From Octopus sinensis (lineage: Eukaryota), in NCBI RefSeq assembly GCF_006345805.1, contig NC_042998.1, forward strand, positions 18,910,001-18,974,000: a stretch of DNA of 64,000 nucleotides, read 5' to 3'. The notes below the pieces were generated by a model. That model did no database searches. It saw only the letters and a program-made list of their open reading frames with translations, and had not been told where the DNA came from. A program made the translations under genes and the position numbers. Positions within the stretch are counted from its first letter, which is position 1, and each line of letters starts with the position of its first letter. Shown in pieces: positions 63,835-64,000 of this stretch.

Positions 63835-64000
63835 TCTGTTCTTTTACTTGTTTCAGTCAACTGACCGGCGCCTTGCTCTAGCGCCACGTTGTAGTCGAAG
63901 AAATCGAACCTTGAACTTATTCTTTGTAAGTCTGGTGCTTATTCTATCAGGTCTAATTGCTAATTTACGGGGACGTAAAAACACCAACATCGGTTTTCAG
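63835..64000 (-). mobile_element. SINE family A 3' part, running off the window
   Basis: cttttacttgtttcagtca...ttattctttgtaag...ggggacgtaaaaacaccaacatcgg. Confidence 0.75.

Overview
Very AT-rich, microsatellite-dense eukaryotic DNA. The repeat landscape resembles a coleoid cephalopod (Octopus) genome; this is inferred from recalled repeat sequences, not from a search. No host protein-coding gene could be supported, and most ORF-track entries are translated microsatellites. The window is almost entirely transposable-element debris. It holds a ~5.75-kb Tx1/L1-clade LINE (intact ORF1, disrupted ORF2; 32402-38147) plus a 5'-truncated copy, and an R4/Dong-type RLE LINE inside (TAA)n. It also holds Penelope-like element (PLE) RT and GIY-YIG remnants, mariner, CR1 and RTE fragments, three tRNA-derived SINE families, a TA-flanked MITE and Helitron-like repeats. 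Main observations: (1) about 20 hammerhead-ribozyme (HHR)-like motifs from about 8 sequence families, mostly in short (TA)n-embedded PLE pseudo-LTR units, foldbacks and tandem amplicons, including a ~1.3-kb HHR-to-HHR unit that looks retrozyme-like; (2) both Tx1 copies abut (TATC)n, suggesting GATA-repeat targeting; (3) one SINE family shares its 41-nt 3' tail (33/41 identical) with the Tx1 LINE; (4) element classes appear partitioned among microsatellite types. Ribozyme activity, targeting and SINE-LINE pairing are inferences that need testing.
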